Source of the DNA: Macrostomum hystrix
Taxonomy: Eukaryota; Animalia; Platyhelminthes
Length of the DNA: 64,000 nucleotides
Direction: 5' to 3'
NCBI GenBank assembly: GCA_950097015.1
Contig: CATNEN010000038.1
Location: forward strand, 31,310,001 to 31,374,000
A program made the position numbers and the translations under genes. The notes below the pieces were generated by a model, which had not been told where the DNA came from, made no database searches, and was given only the letters and a program-made list of their open reading frames with translations. This document shows positions 34,741 through 47,760 of the stretch, piece by piece; the stretch's first letter is position 1, and each line of letters opens with the position of its first letter.

Positions 34741-37700
34741 TCATTTCCACTTGCTGCCGTCAGTGTCTGGCAGGGCTTCAACAATGACACCGTAGCCGAT
34801 GGTGCCGCCGCCGCTGCGAATAGTGAACCGTTGGCCCGGTTCGATCACCATCCGGCGGTGCAGGTCGATGATAGCCGGGGCGTCCTCGCCTGGCATCAGC
34901 ATCTCCCGATTGCCCTCCATGCCTAGCAGGCAGGGACAGTCGAATGTCTTGCTGTACACCATGATCTGCGTGCCGGGCATTAGGGGCTTGTCGCGACCGC
35001 CCTCTTCTTTGGACATCAGGTAGATCTTCACCTTGGCGTGATTGTGCTGATTCACAGATTTCGGCGCCGAGATCACCATGCCGCGGCGAATGTCGTCACG
35101 TTTGACTCCGCGAAGCAGAACGCCAACCTGCAGGATGGGGTTTAGTGTGTGTACCACACCCAACTTGAGTAAGCCTCTAACGGGTGAAAATACAATTGCA
35201 CTTGCCTTTATATGTATAGCTAGGCATATATAAATTCAGAGTCAATCTAGAATCCCGGAACTACAATCTAGAATGCTGGAACTACAATCTAGAATGCTGG
35301 AACTACAATCTAGAATTCTGGAAGTACAATCTAGAATGCTGGAACTACAATCTAGAATGCTGGAACTACAATCTAGAATGCTAGAACTACAATTTAGAAT
35401 GCTGGAACTACAATCTAGAATGCTAGAACTACAATCTAGAATGCTGGAACTACAATCTAGAATGCTAGAACTACAATCTAGAATGCTAGAACTACAATCT
35501 AGAATGCTGGAACTACAATCTAGAATGCTAGAACTACAATCTAGAATGCTGGAACTACAATCTAGAATGCTAGAACTACAATCTAGAATGCTAGAACTAC
35601 AATCTAGAATGCTGGAACTACAATCTAGAATGCTAGAACTACAATCTAGAATGCTGGAACTACAATCTAGAATGCTGGAACTACAATCTAGAATGCTAGA
35701 ACTACAATTTAGAATGCTGGAACTACAATCTAGAATGCTGGAACTACAATCTAGAATGCTAGAACTACAATCTAGAATGCTGGAACTACAATCTAGAATG
35801 CTAGAACTACAATTTAGAATGCTGGAACTACAATCTAGAATGCTAGAACTACAATCTAGAATGCTGGAACTACAATCTAGAATGCTAGAACTACAATTTA
35901 GAATGCTGGAACTACAATCTAGAATGCTAGAACTACAATCTAGAATGCTGGAACTACAATTTATAATCATGTACCTAGTCGTACAGTATTAAGAACCATG
36001 AAATGGCAACCTATTGCAGAAGGGTTAAGGATGTATTAATCTAGTCTAAATAGTTCACTTCCAGAGTCATACCTGATCGCCGGGTTCGGCTTTATCCAGT
36101 AGCTGCTTAAACATCTCCACGCCGGTGACAGTAGACTTAACGAAACGATTGTAGCCAATAATTTCAACGGTATCCTGCGGCTTGCAGATACCGCGCTCCA
36201 CACGACCCGTGGCAACGCAACCGCGACCGGTGATTTGAAGCACCTGTTTGGTTGCAGGTAAAGGATCAGAAAAAACACTATTAAAATAGTTTATTAAGCT
36301 CAGTTTATAATGAGCTCGTTTATTCGAGACTACCTACTCTACCTTCAAAACTACTTACTCTACCTTCAAAACTACTTACTCTACTTTCAAACCTACATAC
36401 TCTATCTTCAAAACTACCAACACTACCCTAAAACCTACCTTACTCTACCTTCAAACCTACCTATTCTACCTTTAAACCTACCTATTCTACCTTTAAACCT
36501 ACCTACTCTACCTTCAAACCTACCTACTCTACCTTCAAACCTACCTACTCTACCTTTAAACCTACCTACTGTACCTTCGAACCTACCCACTCTACATTCG
36601 AACCTACCTACTCTACCTCCAAACCTACCTACTCTACCTTCAAACCTACCTATTCTACCTTTAAACCTACCTACTCTACATTCAAACCTACCTACTGTAC
36701 CTTTAAACCTACCCACTCTACCTTCGAACCTACCTACTCTACCCCCAAACCTACCTACTCTACCTCCAAACCTACCTACTCTACCTTCAATATCAAGTAC
36801 AGTCGCTATATTTTAAGAAACAATAAGCAAAGCAAATCGCACCTGTTCAATAGGCAAATAGAATGGCTTGTCCAGATCTCTAGGCGGCAGTGGGACTGCG
36901 TCGATCTTTTCCAACAGTTCCCGAATCTTTGACTCGCCAATTTCGGCTTCGCGACCCTCCAGGGCGCAGAGGGCGGAACCGGCCACCACCGGTATGTTGT
37001 CACCGTCGAAGCCGTAGGATTTCAAAACTTCGCGAATTTCTAGCTCGACTAATTCTAGCATCTCTTTGTCGGCCGCGTCTGCTTTGTTAATGAATACAAC
37101 CAGATTCTGAATGCCAATCTGCTTGGCTAGGAGCAGATGCTCTTTGGTCTGAGGCATTGTGCCGTCGGTGGCTGCTACTACTAGGACGGCGGCCTCCATC
37201 TGGTTGGAACCTAGTAGTTTGGTTGAGTTCATTAGGAGAGTTGGTTGAGTAGATTGTCAGGGTAGGTTGAGTAGATTGTCAGGGTAGGTTGAGTAGATTG
37301 TCAGCGTAGGTTGAGTACATTACTTTATCAAGGTAGATTGAGTATATAATAAAATAGATTGAGTATATTAAAAGGTGGATTGAGTAGATTATCAGGGTGG
37401 GCTTAGTAGATTTTCAGGGTGGGTTGAGAAGATTGTCAGGGTCGGTTGAGTAGATTGTCAGGATGGGTTGAGTAGATTGTCAGGGTGGGTTGAGTAGATT
37501 GTCAGGATGGGTTGAGTAGATTGTCAGGGTGGGTTGAGTAGATTTTCAGGGTAGGCTGAGAAGTTTATTAGGGTGGGTTGAGTAGATTGTCAGGGTGGGT
37601 TGAGTAGATTATCAGGGTGGGTTGAGTAGATTATAAATGCAGGTTGAGTACTTTATCTGAATAGGATGAATAGATAATTAGGTTTATTTAAGCAGATAAC

Positions 37701-38208
37701 TAGGGTCGGTTAAGTAGATTTTTAGGGTAGGTTAAATAGATGGCAATAATACTCGTATAGTTCAACTTTATTAATTGGGCAGGTTAAAAGCATAAGATAA
37801 CAAGTTTGCTCAGAATAAGAATAATAAATATTAGGCATTCATACCAGTGATCATATTTTTTATGTAATCAGCATGTCCGGGACAGTCCACGTGAGCATAG
37901 TGCCGGTTCTTTGTGCTATAATCCACCACAGCGGCGTTAATAGTAATGCCTCTCTTTTTCTCTTCGGGCGCCGAGTCAATCTGATCGTAGGCTTTGAAAG
38001 TGGCCGTCTTGTCGGTTGATAGGACTTTAGTAATGGCGGCAGTCAGTGTAGTTTTTCCGTGATCCACGTGTCCAATAGTGCCAATGTTCATATGGGGCTT
38101 GTCACGTTTAAATACCTTCTTAGCAGCTGGCGGAGCAGCTAAGCGGCAAATTGCCGACTGGTGCAGACAGCGAATGCCCAACTGGGCCAATACACTTAGC
38201 TGACGCAT
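34741..38208 (-). CDS. TUFM: Mitochondrial elongation factor Tu (exons 38208-37845, 37210-36843, 36243-36073, 35127-34741)
   Basis: Transit peptide, [51 protein letters not shown]. Introns are GT-AG. Confidence 0.96.
35243..35960. repeat. 21-bp intronic minisatellite (CTGGAACTACAATCTAGAATG)
   Basis: Tandem copies; explains the spurious repetitive ORFs here. Confidence 0.95.
36329..36790. repeat. 21-bp intronic minisatellite (AAACCTACCTACTCTACCTTC)
   Basis: Tandem copies. Confidence 0.95.
37240..37742. repeat. ~22-bp intronic minisatellite (GGGTTGAGTAGATTGTCAGGGT)
   Basis: Degenerate tandem copies. Confidence 0.9.
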
Positions 38209-39311
38209 TGTCTGGCTGTAGCTTAGATGTGTATTAGAGATTATATATTTAGTCGAAACATAAATTTTTTAAAAGTTTTTTTTAATAATTCAAAACATAA
38301 TCTAGCATTATTGGTAAAAATAATACTTATATATAAATTTATGAAAATTATTCTCAATTCGAACATTTAGTTTTTATCAAGAGTAGTAAGTGCTGATAAT
38401 CAGGCATGTTTGGATAGCTACCTATTGGGAATGGCACACCATTTGGTGACAATCGACCTACAGACAGCAAGAGATGATTCTGCCCACTCCACTGACTCCT
38501 AAGAACACATGCCCACAGACACAGGCCTAAACACACACAGGTGTAAATCTGCCCTAAATTTCTTATTGTCAGGCCCATGCAAATGTGAATGCTGGCTAGT
38601 GCAGCATACAATATCCACTACATATAGAATCTAGAAAAGAAGGATCCAGATTAAACACTGAACACCTTGAGTTTTTATTTTTAGCATTATCACTTTAATT
38701 GAGCAATTTTAATAGGCTGACATTCCTAATCATTAAGTTATCTAATTTCTAATCATTTAAAAACTATAAATGTCATGATTTTGGGTTGAATTAACAAAAC
38801 ATGTAGTTTTAGAATATATGCTTGACTATATTTGAGTTTTACATGTTGGTTTTCATTGATATAAATATATGTACATATATAAAAACCATAGCCATAAAAA
38901 TATAAGTCCTGCAGAATTGAGGTCCTAGCCATTTAGAAGCAATCTGAAACCTTTCCAATGTACAAATAAAATAACAATCCAAAGGAAAGGCAATTGAATA
39001 GACAAATCTCCATCATTGGCCCAGTGGCAAAGGTCATCATAAAACTTTTGATTCCAACACTCACAGTTTCTGTCTTCCTGACTAGCAACAGCTTCCACTC
39101 AACCAACCAACATTAGTCAGCCTAGTTGACATAATTGTCAGTTATTTCTGCTGGGACAAGCCTGTCTCACATACTAGGACATTGTAAGGTTGCTGCACTT
39201 GACCTCATGATGGCGAAGAGGGAAATTCAAACCAAAGAAGAGTCTGCATGGGGGTACCACAGAATAGTAAAATTATTCTGCTATAATTTGTAGACTATTT
39301 GAGCAAATGAA

Positions 39312-40545
39312 AAATACAATAATACAATGGCCACCGGCCACAAGTGGTCAGGAAAGGGGGACATTGTCAAAAAGCACGCTTAGCTGCGCAGTCTCTGATG
39401 AAGGTAGCGCCATTGATCTGATCAGGCGCCCTGGCGTCTTCTGTCAGACAGTCGACGAACCTCCGGGTCTGCGCCTGCCCCTGCCGGAACGGGCCCTGCT
39501 GTGTACAGCAAGACCTCCTGCAGCGGCTCCGGGCAGTAGGACTCGGCGCGAATGACGTGGCCCGCCAGCTTCAGGCGGCGCTGTCGCAGGGTCACGCTGG
39601 GAGGGCTCAGCTTGGCCCGCTGGTAGAGAGTCTGGTTGGTGACGTTTTCGGCGTGACGGTGCACGCTGAAGGCAGCGCGCAGCAGGCTGGAGTGCGCCGC
39701 GTCCAGCTGGCGCTCCAGCACATCCGTCATGGTCCAGGTCTCGGCGTTGTAGAAGAGCACTCGTTTCCACCACCGCCTGGAACAGTCGGGTTCTCAGCTG
39801 GTCTGGCAGGGCGTCGCTTTGTCCGAGCACGATGCGCACTGAGCGGAAAGCCGCCCACGCAAGCCCTCTGCGACGCCGCAGGTCCTCCTGGACGCTGTGC
39901 ACGAGACCACCAAGGTACCGGAACTGCTCACATCGGGGGAGCGGTGCTGCCGTTCCGCTGTCCATGCTGGGAAGGCGGATGTCCACTGGTAGATCGGCTG
40001 GCACAGTCAGGACCTCCGTCTTCTTGGCGTTGATCTTAAGGCCAACCTTTGCAGCGGCAGCAGCTAGGCCGTCGAGGAGGCATTGAGCATCAGCAGCAGT
40101 GGATGCCAGCAGGGCGAGGTCATCAGCATATCCGAGGACTGCTAGCCGCTTCTCCGGGTGCCGGCTGCTCATTCGCCTGCATAGGATGTAGCCTTCCAAG
40201 TTGTCCGGTAGTCCTGTCCACAGCACCCAGTCCAAGATGAGGATGAACAGGAAGGGAGCAAGGGTGTCCCCCTGCAGGACTCTGGATGAGGTGGTGAAGA
40301 AGTGGGAAAGGCCATCAGGTGTGATCACAGCAGCATGCTTGTTGTGGTAGAGCGCCATCACTGCTGCAATCAGTTTCTCTGGCATGTTGTAGGCTTGGAA
40401 AACTAGTGGAATCATGCCTTGAGCCACCGAGTCAAAAGCCTTCAGGAAGTCGATGAACAGACAGAAAAGGTCTGACTGCCGAATGCGTGATTCCTTGATA
40501 ATTCTCCGGAGCACCACAATTTGTGTGACTGTACCACATTGTACA
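39312..40545 (-). mobile_element. 5'-truncated RTE-like non-LTR retrotransposon (frameshifted RT)
   Basis: FIDFLKAFDSV, VLQGDTLAPFLF, GYADDLALL, FRYLG. A frameshift near 39760 leads into FYNAETWT...RRLKLAGHVIR. Short ATTGT-repeat tail. Confidence 0.88.
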
Positions 40546-42406
40546 GAACCCATTCTGGAACTGGAACCCATTCTGCTCATACTGCAGGTAAGGGTCCAAA
40601 TGACAAATCTATACAACAATTGGTCCGATTCCTTAGCATTGTCCTATACTAATTTCATATAGTAAATCCACTATCATATTTTTCACAACAAACCAGGGAC
40701 AATACAACCTCAACTTTTAAGTCACTGTTAGGCATAATGAAAAGAGAATTATCACTACAAACAATCTAAAAACTTTTGTTATCTCTGACCCAAAGCTCAC
40801 TTTTAATAAAGAACATTATATAGACAGCTATTGACCATGTCTATACTATACTTACAACAATTTCATAGGGGCTTTGGCTGACACCAATTAGGGAGAAAAA
40901 AGAGGCCCTGACCCTGACAATGACACCTGCACTATTGGTCATTAGGATAGAATATGATGCTCCAGCCTAGAGCCCACATCTCTTTAACATGAACTGGAAC
41001 TTGTAGATAAGTGGTAAATAGGTACATGGTGTGTATTTGACATGCATAATGCACACTACATAATTACTCTGGCGTGCCTGGTGTGGCAATGCAATGCTAC
41101 CATTGGTTATTTGCTGCTGTTATGGTTATTTAATATGGTTAGTTATGGTAAGGGTGTTTTAAGTTTATTGTTATTTGTTGTTACCTGTGGTTAGTAGTCC
41201 TAGTCCTGGTTGGGTTTCCACAGTTGCCATGCATTGGCGTGCATTCACTTGTTGTCAGCATGCTTTTGGGGATTAGGGCCTAGGGTAAGGGGCCCAGTTT
41301 TGGGTCATTTCTCCTGTGCACTTAAAATGATCTACACTATTCATACACATGAATTTATGATATCACAGCCTAGATATATAATTGGCTTTTGGCAAAAATA
41401 TAAGGCAATTTTAGAATAAGTTTGTTTCTAATAGAACGTGCAGTGTAGGCATACGTAGAATTGTTACACAATGTAAATCTAACACATACTAGGCCTACTA
41501 CATCATATTAATCATGAAATGAGTGTGCAATTAGGCCTACTTGTTGTCGTGATAAAAATTTAGGACTTCACACAACTCATAACTAGGTCCTTAAGGCCAA
41601 ATAGGCCTAAACGGCTAACAAGTAAAATTTTAAAGATATTTCTTTCAGACTCATTGGCTTTATAGTATTCTTGAGACGTACATGCCACATAGCCTACACT
41701 TCTAGATTTATAGGGCCTAATTTCTTAATTTGGTCTAGGCCTATAATAGACCGTCTATTCAGTTGATCATTAATTACCTGTGTTTCAATAAATATGTAAA
41801 ATATTACTTCTTTTGGTCAATCAAGCTAGTTATCTTTGCTCCTATTGAAGTGTGCACCACGCTTAGATTAGCATTTCGCAGTGTAACCCAACAAACGACA
41901 TACACACCCTCGCGAGAAATTTTAATAAGCATAACATAATTGGCTTCAAACTTTAAATTCCGTAAATAGAAGGAAAAGCAAAGTAAAAAATAATTTGTTG
42001 CTAATTAATAAAGCAAAAAGGTGTAAGTCAATTCATATAAAAGAGTTTTTCTAACAACTAATTTTTAACTATTATTGCGAGAATTTAAAATAGCAGAAGA
42101 CGCGAACATTTAAAAGCAAAAGTCAATTTCGTTGTAAACAATTAGCATGGGCATTGGCTAGACTAGCTGAATAAAATATTCTTCGAAATTTGAAATTCGT
42201 ACAGTAAATAAATTCCTTTCTCAGTCCTCACTTTTTTAGCTAAATTCATAGATATCCTACAATTTGTAACTTCCTATAAGCCTAGATCTAGTTATATTAG
42301 TTATAAGCTGCCCATAAAGAAACTGCCTATAAAGACAAGAAAAACCTGTTGTTTTATTTATGGTAGTTGTTATTTGTCCGGTTAACCGGACTTGGACAAA
42401 TAGCCA

Positions 42407-42798
42407 TTTGATTATTCGTCCAGTTAACCACCCAAGGACTTAATTTCTCCCCTTTCAACGAGCAGGGGCAACGATCCTCCCAAAGACCACTCTTGCCCTG
42501 CTGAGAGCCATCTTGAGTCTTGACCTCACAAAGACCAAATTATAGGCCTACCCTTGAACTAAGTTAGTCCCTGAAACAACCGAATTTCTAGACATGGTTT
42601 TAATTTTTTTAATTAGGGCCTAGCTGATAAGTGAAAATAATTTGAGACACAAACTTCAAATCTGAAAGACTGTCCTTTTGCAGCTTGTTTAATTATTTTA
42701 TCTTATAAGTGATAGAGGTTCTTGTGGTAGTGCTACAACCCCTTATAACATAGTTAGGCCTATAAGTTATAACTTGGTTAACTGGACGAATAATCAAA
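42407..42798. mobile_element. MITE-like element bounded by a perfect 24-bp inverted repeat
   Basis: TTTGATTATTCGTCCAGTTAACCA at 42407-42430 and its reverse complement at 42775-42798. Confidence 0.55.
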
Positions 42799-44522
42799 CA
42801 TTTATTTATAGTTATGACTAATTTGAACATAATATATGTGTTGGCTGTTGTTATAAATTTATGGCTTATTTGACTAGTAGTAAGACACTGCTATTTTTTT
42901 ATTGTATATATTGTTTTTTGCTTTCCATATGGCATTGGCCATATTGCGATTGGCCAGTTGCCTTTCTTGGTTCAGGTATACATGCAAACTCGTTTCTCAT
43001 TCACATTATGTGCCAATTCTATTGGCCATTTGCCATGATTAGGCACATACGTGTTGGCATACATTTACATTTAAGTTTTAGTCAATTGTCTGCTTATTTT
43101 GCACGATGAGAGAAAAGGTGGATGACTGGATCTGATCTGAGAATTGGTGGCAGTGATAGTATTCAAGAAGTGTTGTATGTAACCTGAGGGATTTTAATGT
43201 TCATGTCATAGTAATGTTGCATGCTACATCTTGCACCTCACATTCTGTGGCTAGTTAAAAACTAGGCCTAGTTGACAAAACAGCCAATAAAGCCACTGTA
43301 TATACCACAGATTTTAGCATTGCAATTCTTGTACTTTGTCAACTACCAATTAGGGCACCCCTTAATTCTGGTCACTTTGTTAACCAGTTGACAAAGTGAC
43401 TAGACTCTATCTTAATTCTCTGACTAAAGGCACTAGCCCCCAAGCTTGAGCAAGCTATTGTGCAATCTGGTTTCAGGAAACTGACAACCAGTTTCCTGAA
43501 ACTAGTCACTTTTGTTACAATACTTGTGGTGTTTGGCCAATCCTTTTGACCTTGCGCAGCTTGTTTCTTGTAGTGTTGGTGTATGATGGTCTTTACATCC
43601 TTCAGCCCCTGGTCTTAGCTAGCAAGCTTGTTGCTCAACCACCACATTGGCATGGACTGGGGTTCCTTCTTAGGTGTAGGTGGCTGCTCCAGCTAACCAG
43701 CAAGGTTTGTTTCCTTGCTACCCTAGACTTGAGAGCACAGAAATTAGTGGGCACCCATCTCCACAATGGTGACTCCTGCTTCTTAAAAGCAGGTTGCTTG
43801 GGCCTATACTTTATCAGTCATTGCTGCTGCTGCTCAGCTAGGAGCTGCTTATTCTAAGCTAGGTATTTCTTCTAGTACCTATACTGAACTAGGTATTGAT
43901 GTTTCAGTCTTTGCACTTTGAAACCCTGCATTGGCTGACTTAAACCCAAAAGCTTCCTTTCTTTCTTTTAGTTCTTTGTACACCAAGAGTGCAGCAGGGC
44001 AAAAATTGGCAAGGGCTAGAGCCCTACAGTGTGGATAGAATAATCAACAGCTAGTGACAGTTAGGGCAACAGCTGCCAATTTGTGGCTAGTGGTTAGCTC
44101 TAGCCCTAAAGGAGCCAAAGCTCTGAAAGAGACTTTAGAGGCCTTGTTGTTGGCAGACATATGTTGTGTCAACTGCTGCTTGACCCTGTCTGACTGCCAG
44201 TGAGGGGGCCACTAAGCTGCCACCTGCCACCTCCTGCTGCTACAGCAACAGGGAGATAGTCATGACATAGGCCAGAGGCCTATTTCTGTGTGGACTCTAG
44301 AGTCATATGAAAAGTGGCAGTAAAGCTCTGCCTCTCACATGCAAATACACCCAGCAAATACTTGCCAAACCTCTTCTGCCTATTCCTGGGCCATATCAAT
44401 CCCTGGGTGCCTTGCTATTAATGCAAGTCATGTGAGTCATGCAAAAACAATTTTCTATAATGTTCTGTATTCTGTAGGCATATTTTGTAATGCTTACAAA
44501 GCTCTTACAAGTGCCTCCTATG

Positions 44523-44824
44523 CATACATGCGCAACACCCGGCCAACCTAGCCAAACCGGCCAGGTGAAACGAGGGCCAAGCAAGGTAAGTCGCAAAAAC
44601 CAATCGACCAAGTGCAAAAAAATCAAAGGGGGGACCAAGGGACAAAAAAGGAAGGCGTGAAGAAAAGCAAAAAGGGGAGAGAAAAAGAGAGCAAATGAGA
44701 GCAAACTAAGTCATAAATAGAGCAATGAAGTGAACTAAGTCGCAAATGAGAGCAAACTAAGTCGTAAATAGAGCAAAAACTAAGTCGCACAGCCGGCTAA
44801 GATTTGGGAGGTTGCGCATGTATG
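44523..44824. mobile_element. hAT-type MITE
   Basis: 14-bp TIR CATACATGCGCAAC; perfect 8-bp TSD CTCCTATG at 44515-44522 and 44825-44832; subterminal CTAAGTCG repeats. Confidence 0.88.
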
Positions 44825-45287
44825 CTCCTATGACAGCTTGCTAGTTTACTAACAAGTGCTGTGTCTAATAAGCAATTTGCTTTTTGTTGGAGGTATAAAT
44901 AAAAAAGCAGGCCTTCTGCTAAATGTCAGTTTTTTATTGTTTAAATCTTTTCTGCCAATTTTAAAATTAAGATCTTCTAAGAATGTTTCTTCTAAGTTGA
45001 GTTGACTCATCATCCTCATCTAGAGCTCAGTGTGTTATCAGGTTTAAGTGTCAAAAAAAGATAAAATAAGTCCCTATTTTGGGATTCTCTTACTTTAATA
45101 ATTGCTTTATTTTTAATATAGATTATCATCATTTTTCCTTTAGCTATATTATTGCAGTTTGTCTATTTGTTAACATGTTTTGTTAAGGCAGAAGGCATAT
45201 TTTCACTGTGTATATTAAAATTAACTATTTCAGTTTCAGTGGTCCCAGTGTCAACATCAAATTTGAACAAAAATGTTTACCTACCTG

Positions 45288-45473
45288 ATGTCAGCATCGC
45301 GCGCCTCAAAGCTCACTTTTCTTGCATCAGTGATATTCTGTGGCAGCTCTGTCAGCTACGTTTTATATACCCAAAAGTCCGAGAGAGATGCTGTGAAGCA
45401 GGGCGTTCTAGCTGATATTGAACGACAGAAGCTTTATCAAGAGAGTCTGCAAAAGAAGATTAGTCAACAATAG
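45288..45473 (+). CDS. PET117: Cytochrome c oxidase assembly factor PET117
   Basis: MSASRASKLTFLASV...Q..ER...KQGVLADIERQ matches the PET117 pattern; TTTCAG acceptors lie upstream. Confidence 0.8.
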   Translation: MSASRASKLTFLASVIFCGSSVSYVLYTQKSERDAVKQGVLADIERQKLYQESLQKKISQQ

Positions 45474-46939
45474 TCGGTATTATGTGAAGTGTTTTTGTAT
45501 GTTATTGCAATTATTAGTTTTAATATTTGATCACAATATGATTTGGATTGCTAATCTGCTGCAGAATGCTATTTTGTCTGAGTAAATAAACCTAGTATCA
45601 TTTTTAGCTGAATTCGACTTAAGTACTTGTATTTGTTTCATTTTAACTATATTCGTACTTAAGCTTTTTAGATTATAGAAAAGCCATGTTTTCGTAGTCT
45701 AGAAAACAGGCCGCATCAAAGCTGCTCAAATAAACTAGATTTGTAATCATAAATCCTATTTCTTTCTTTTCATACTACACAATAGTACGGGTATATTTGT
45801 TAATAAGTACAAATAGAATGCACATCTAAAAACTTAGTGCCAGCAAATTAATGCGCGATTTCATATTCCATTTTTTGTTTGCCGGTGCAGTCACTTTTTC
45901 CCCTTAATTTACTGCTTTCCTGAGTAGTAGAGTCAGATCATAAGGTGACCCACAGCTAGTCAGGAGGCAGTTCTGTTGATATCAATTTCCCCACACAAAG
46001 CACGCAAGTACTTGAATCCGTGGATTGTATCAAGATCAACACTCGAGAGTGTACTTTACTTAGGGTTGCTCCTTAAACTATGCTTACAAAGTAAATTTTG
46101 CCTTATTGCGAATTCGAGCCTACGGACTGTGTTTCAGGGTTCAGACTCAAGACTGCATTGTCAATTATTTCTAGTTATGGCAAGATTGTTCTTTTTGTTT
46201 CAGCCCTTTGCATATAGACTGCATTTTCGCCATTGTGTCATTTCGCCATTTCGCCATCGCCAACAATCCAACAAAATATGCGAGCGCTTCTTTGAAAGAG
46301 ATAACAAAACTTGTAATTGAGGAGCTAGAATAAACAAATTATTTTATCACATGGACTGAAGATTGCTAATCGATTTGGACTTTTGGATTTTGATTTTTCG
46401 AAGCCCAGAAGCGTCTAACTGCAAAAACGCATTGTCAAATATTGGAAAGCTTTCTCATTTCAGCGCATTCCACGCCTCATTGGTCTAATTTACACAATAA
46501 AAGAGGCGTCAAGAACAAGTACAAATATACTTTCTCTGTGGTTTTTAGACCAATTTAACTGCCGAGTTACTGACTGCATTAGGCAGATTACTGATAAGAA
46601 ATAAACTTCATCAGGTCACTGTTCAAAAAAGCATTGGTAATTTGAAACATCGCTCTCTACTCAACTTCTAACGCCAGCTACATTCGATTGAAAGGACAAA
46701 TGTCGAACAACTTTTCATGTTTTAAGGCTCAAATCACAATCGACAGAAACAACAACTTATCAGCTTATCATTTTAAGCTCCACCTTGAAAACCGGTAACC
46801 AACTGTACGCACCGCAGCCGACATGGTGACTGGCGCAGCTCATTCAGAATGCAGGCTTTTCGCGGTGACGAAGCTGTGTAGAAGAGACGGGAATAGTCCA
46901 GTACCGCAATCGATAAGATATGCAGGTGAAACATGTGTC

Positions 46940-47250
46940 CGGCAGGTAGTTGCCGTACCGGACCTGCTGACTGCTGAGAACCACACTGAGCGCGTCTGCT
47001 GTGAACACGATTTCTACAGAATGATGCGATGGAATGCTGGCTTAGAATTATGGATCGGATCGGAGCATCAGATCCCCAAACCTGTGGCTGCCAGATACCC
47101 AACAAAGGCTCGAGTCTCTCGCAGTGTCGTGAAGGCCAGGCCTTTGACTTACAGAGCTTGTTGTACAGTGTACACCCACTTTGTGCTAATAGGCAGAAAG
47201 TAAACAGTGACTACTACTTTGGAGTGCTGGGCACATTAAGAAACCACCTT
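46940..47250 (+). pseudogene. Decayed mariner transposase fragment
   Basis: ...VYTHFV / QKVNSDYYFGVLGTLRNH resembles the mariner TVN..YY..VL..LR segment. Confidence 0.4.
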
Positions 47251-47289
47251 ATAAAACTTTATTTTATTTTATTGTTAGCATAGGTATCA

Positions 47290-47760
47290 CATGGGCGCCT
47301 GGGACTTCTGCCAACTCCGAGGAAAACTGCCGCAAAGAGCGATGGCCGCAGTGTTAGTCCAGAGGTCCAACGGCGTCAGGTCCGTAGGGTGGGCCGAGCA
47401 GACGAAAATGTGCTGCACACTTCCATGCGCTCTAAGGCAGGTGTCAGGCACAGTAATGAATTCCTAATGATCTGGTGCACGGATTTCTGGGCGTTCAGCA
47501 GCAGCCACCAGCTAGTAGGGTTTAGTAGTGGGCTCCAAACTGGTGCAGTCCGTGCAAACTGAACATGGCAGTCATAGTTTCCTTTTTATGTCCCCAGGAG
47601 CTGCCAGACAGCTTTAAGGAAGCCAGTGCTGGCTTTGATAGTGTTGGCGATGTTATCGGCATGATAGTGAAATTTCAGGAGCGGGTGGCAGTGGCGCCGA
47701 GCATTTTAGGCGCAATGCAGTACTGGACTGGCAGCCCATCAAGCCACTGACATTGGCCGT
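47290..47760 (-). mobile_element. Decayed 3' fragment of an I-group/Ingi-like LINE
   Basis: Frameshifted minus-strand peptides PKMLG, SSWGHKKET, APVWSP, and H..QHIFVCSAHPTDLTPLDLW, typical of a LINE ORF2 C-terminus. Confidence 0.55.

Noticed and set aside
35242-36816. Long repetitive ORFs (ILDCSSS, MLELQSR, NLPTLPS), also 8715-9281 and 61171-61783
   Set aside because: Translations of intronic or intergenic minisatellites, not genes.
43500-44500. Possible decayed retroelement gag region
   Set aside because: CpG-eroded, coding-like composition but no recognisable motif.
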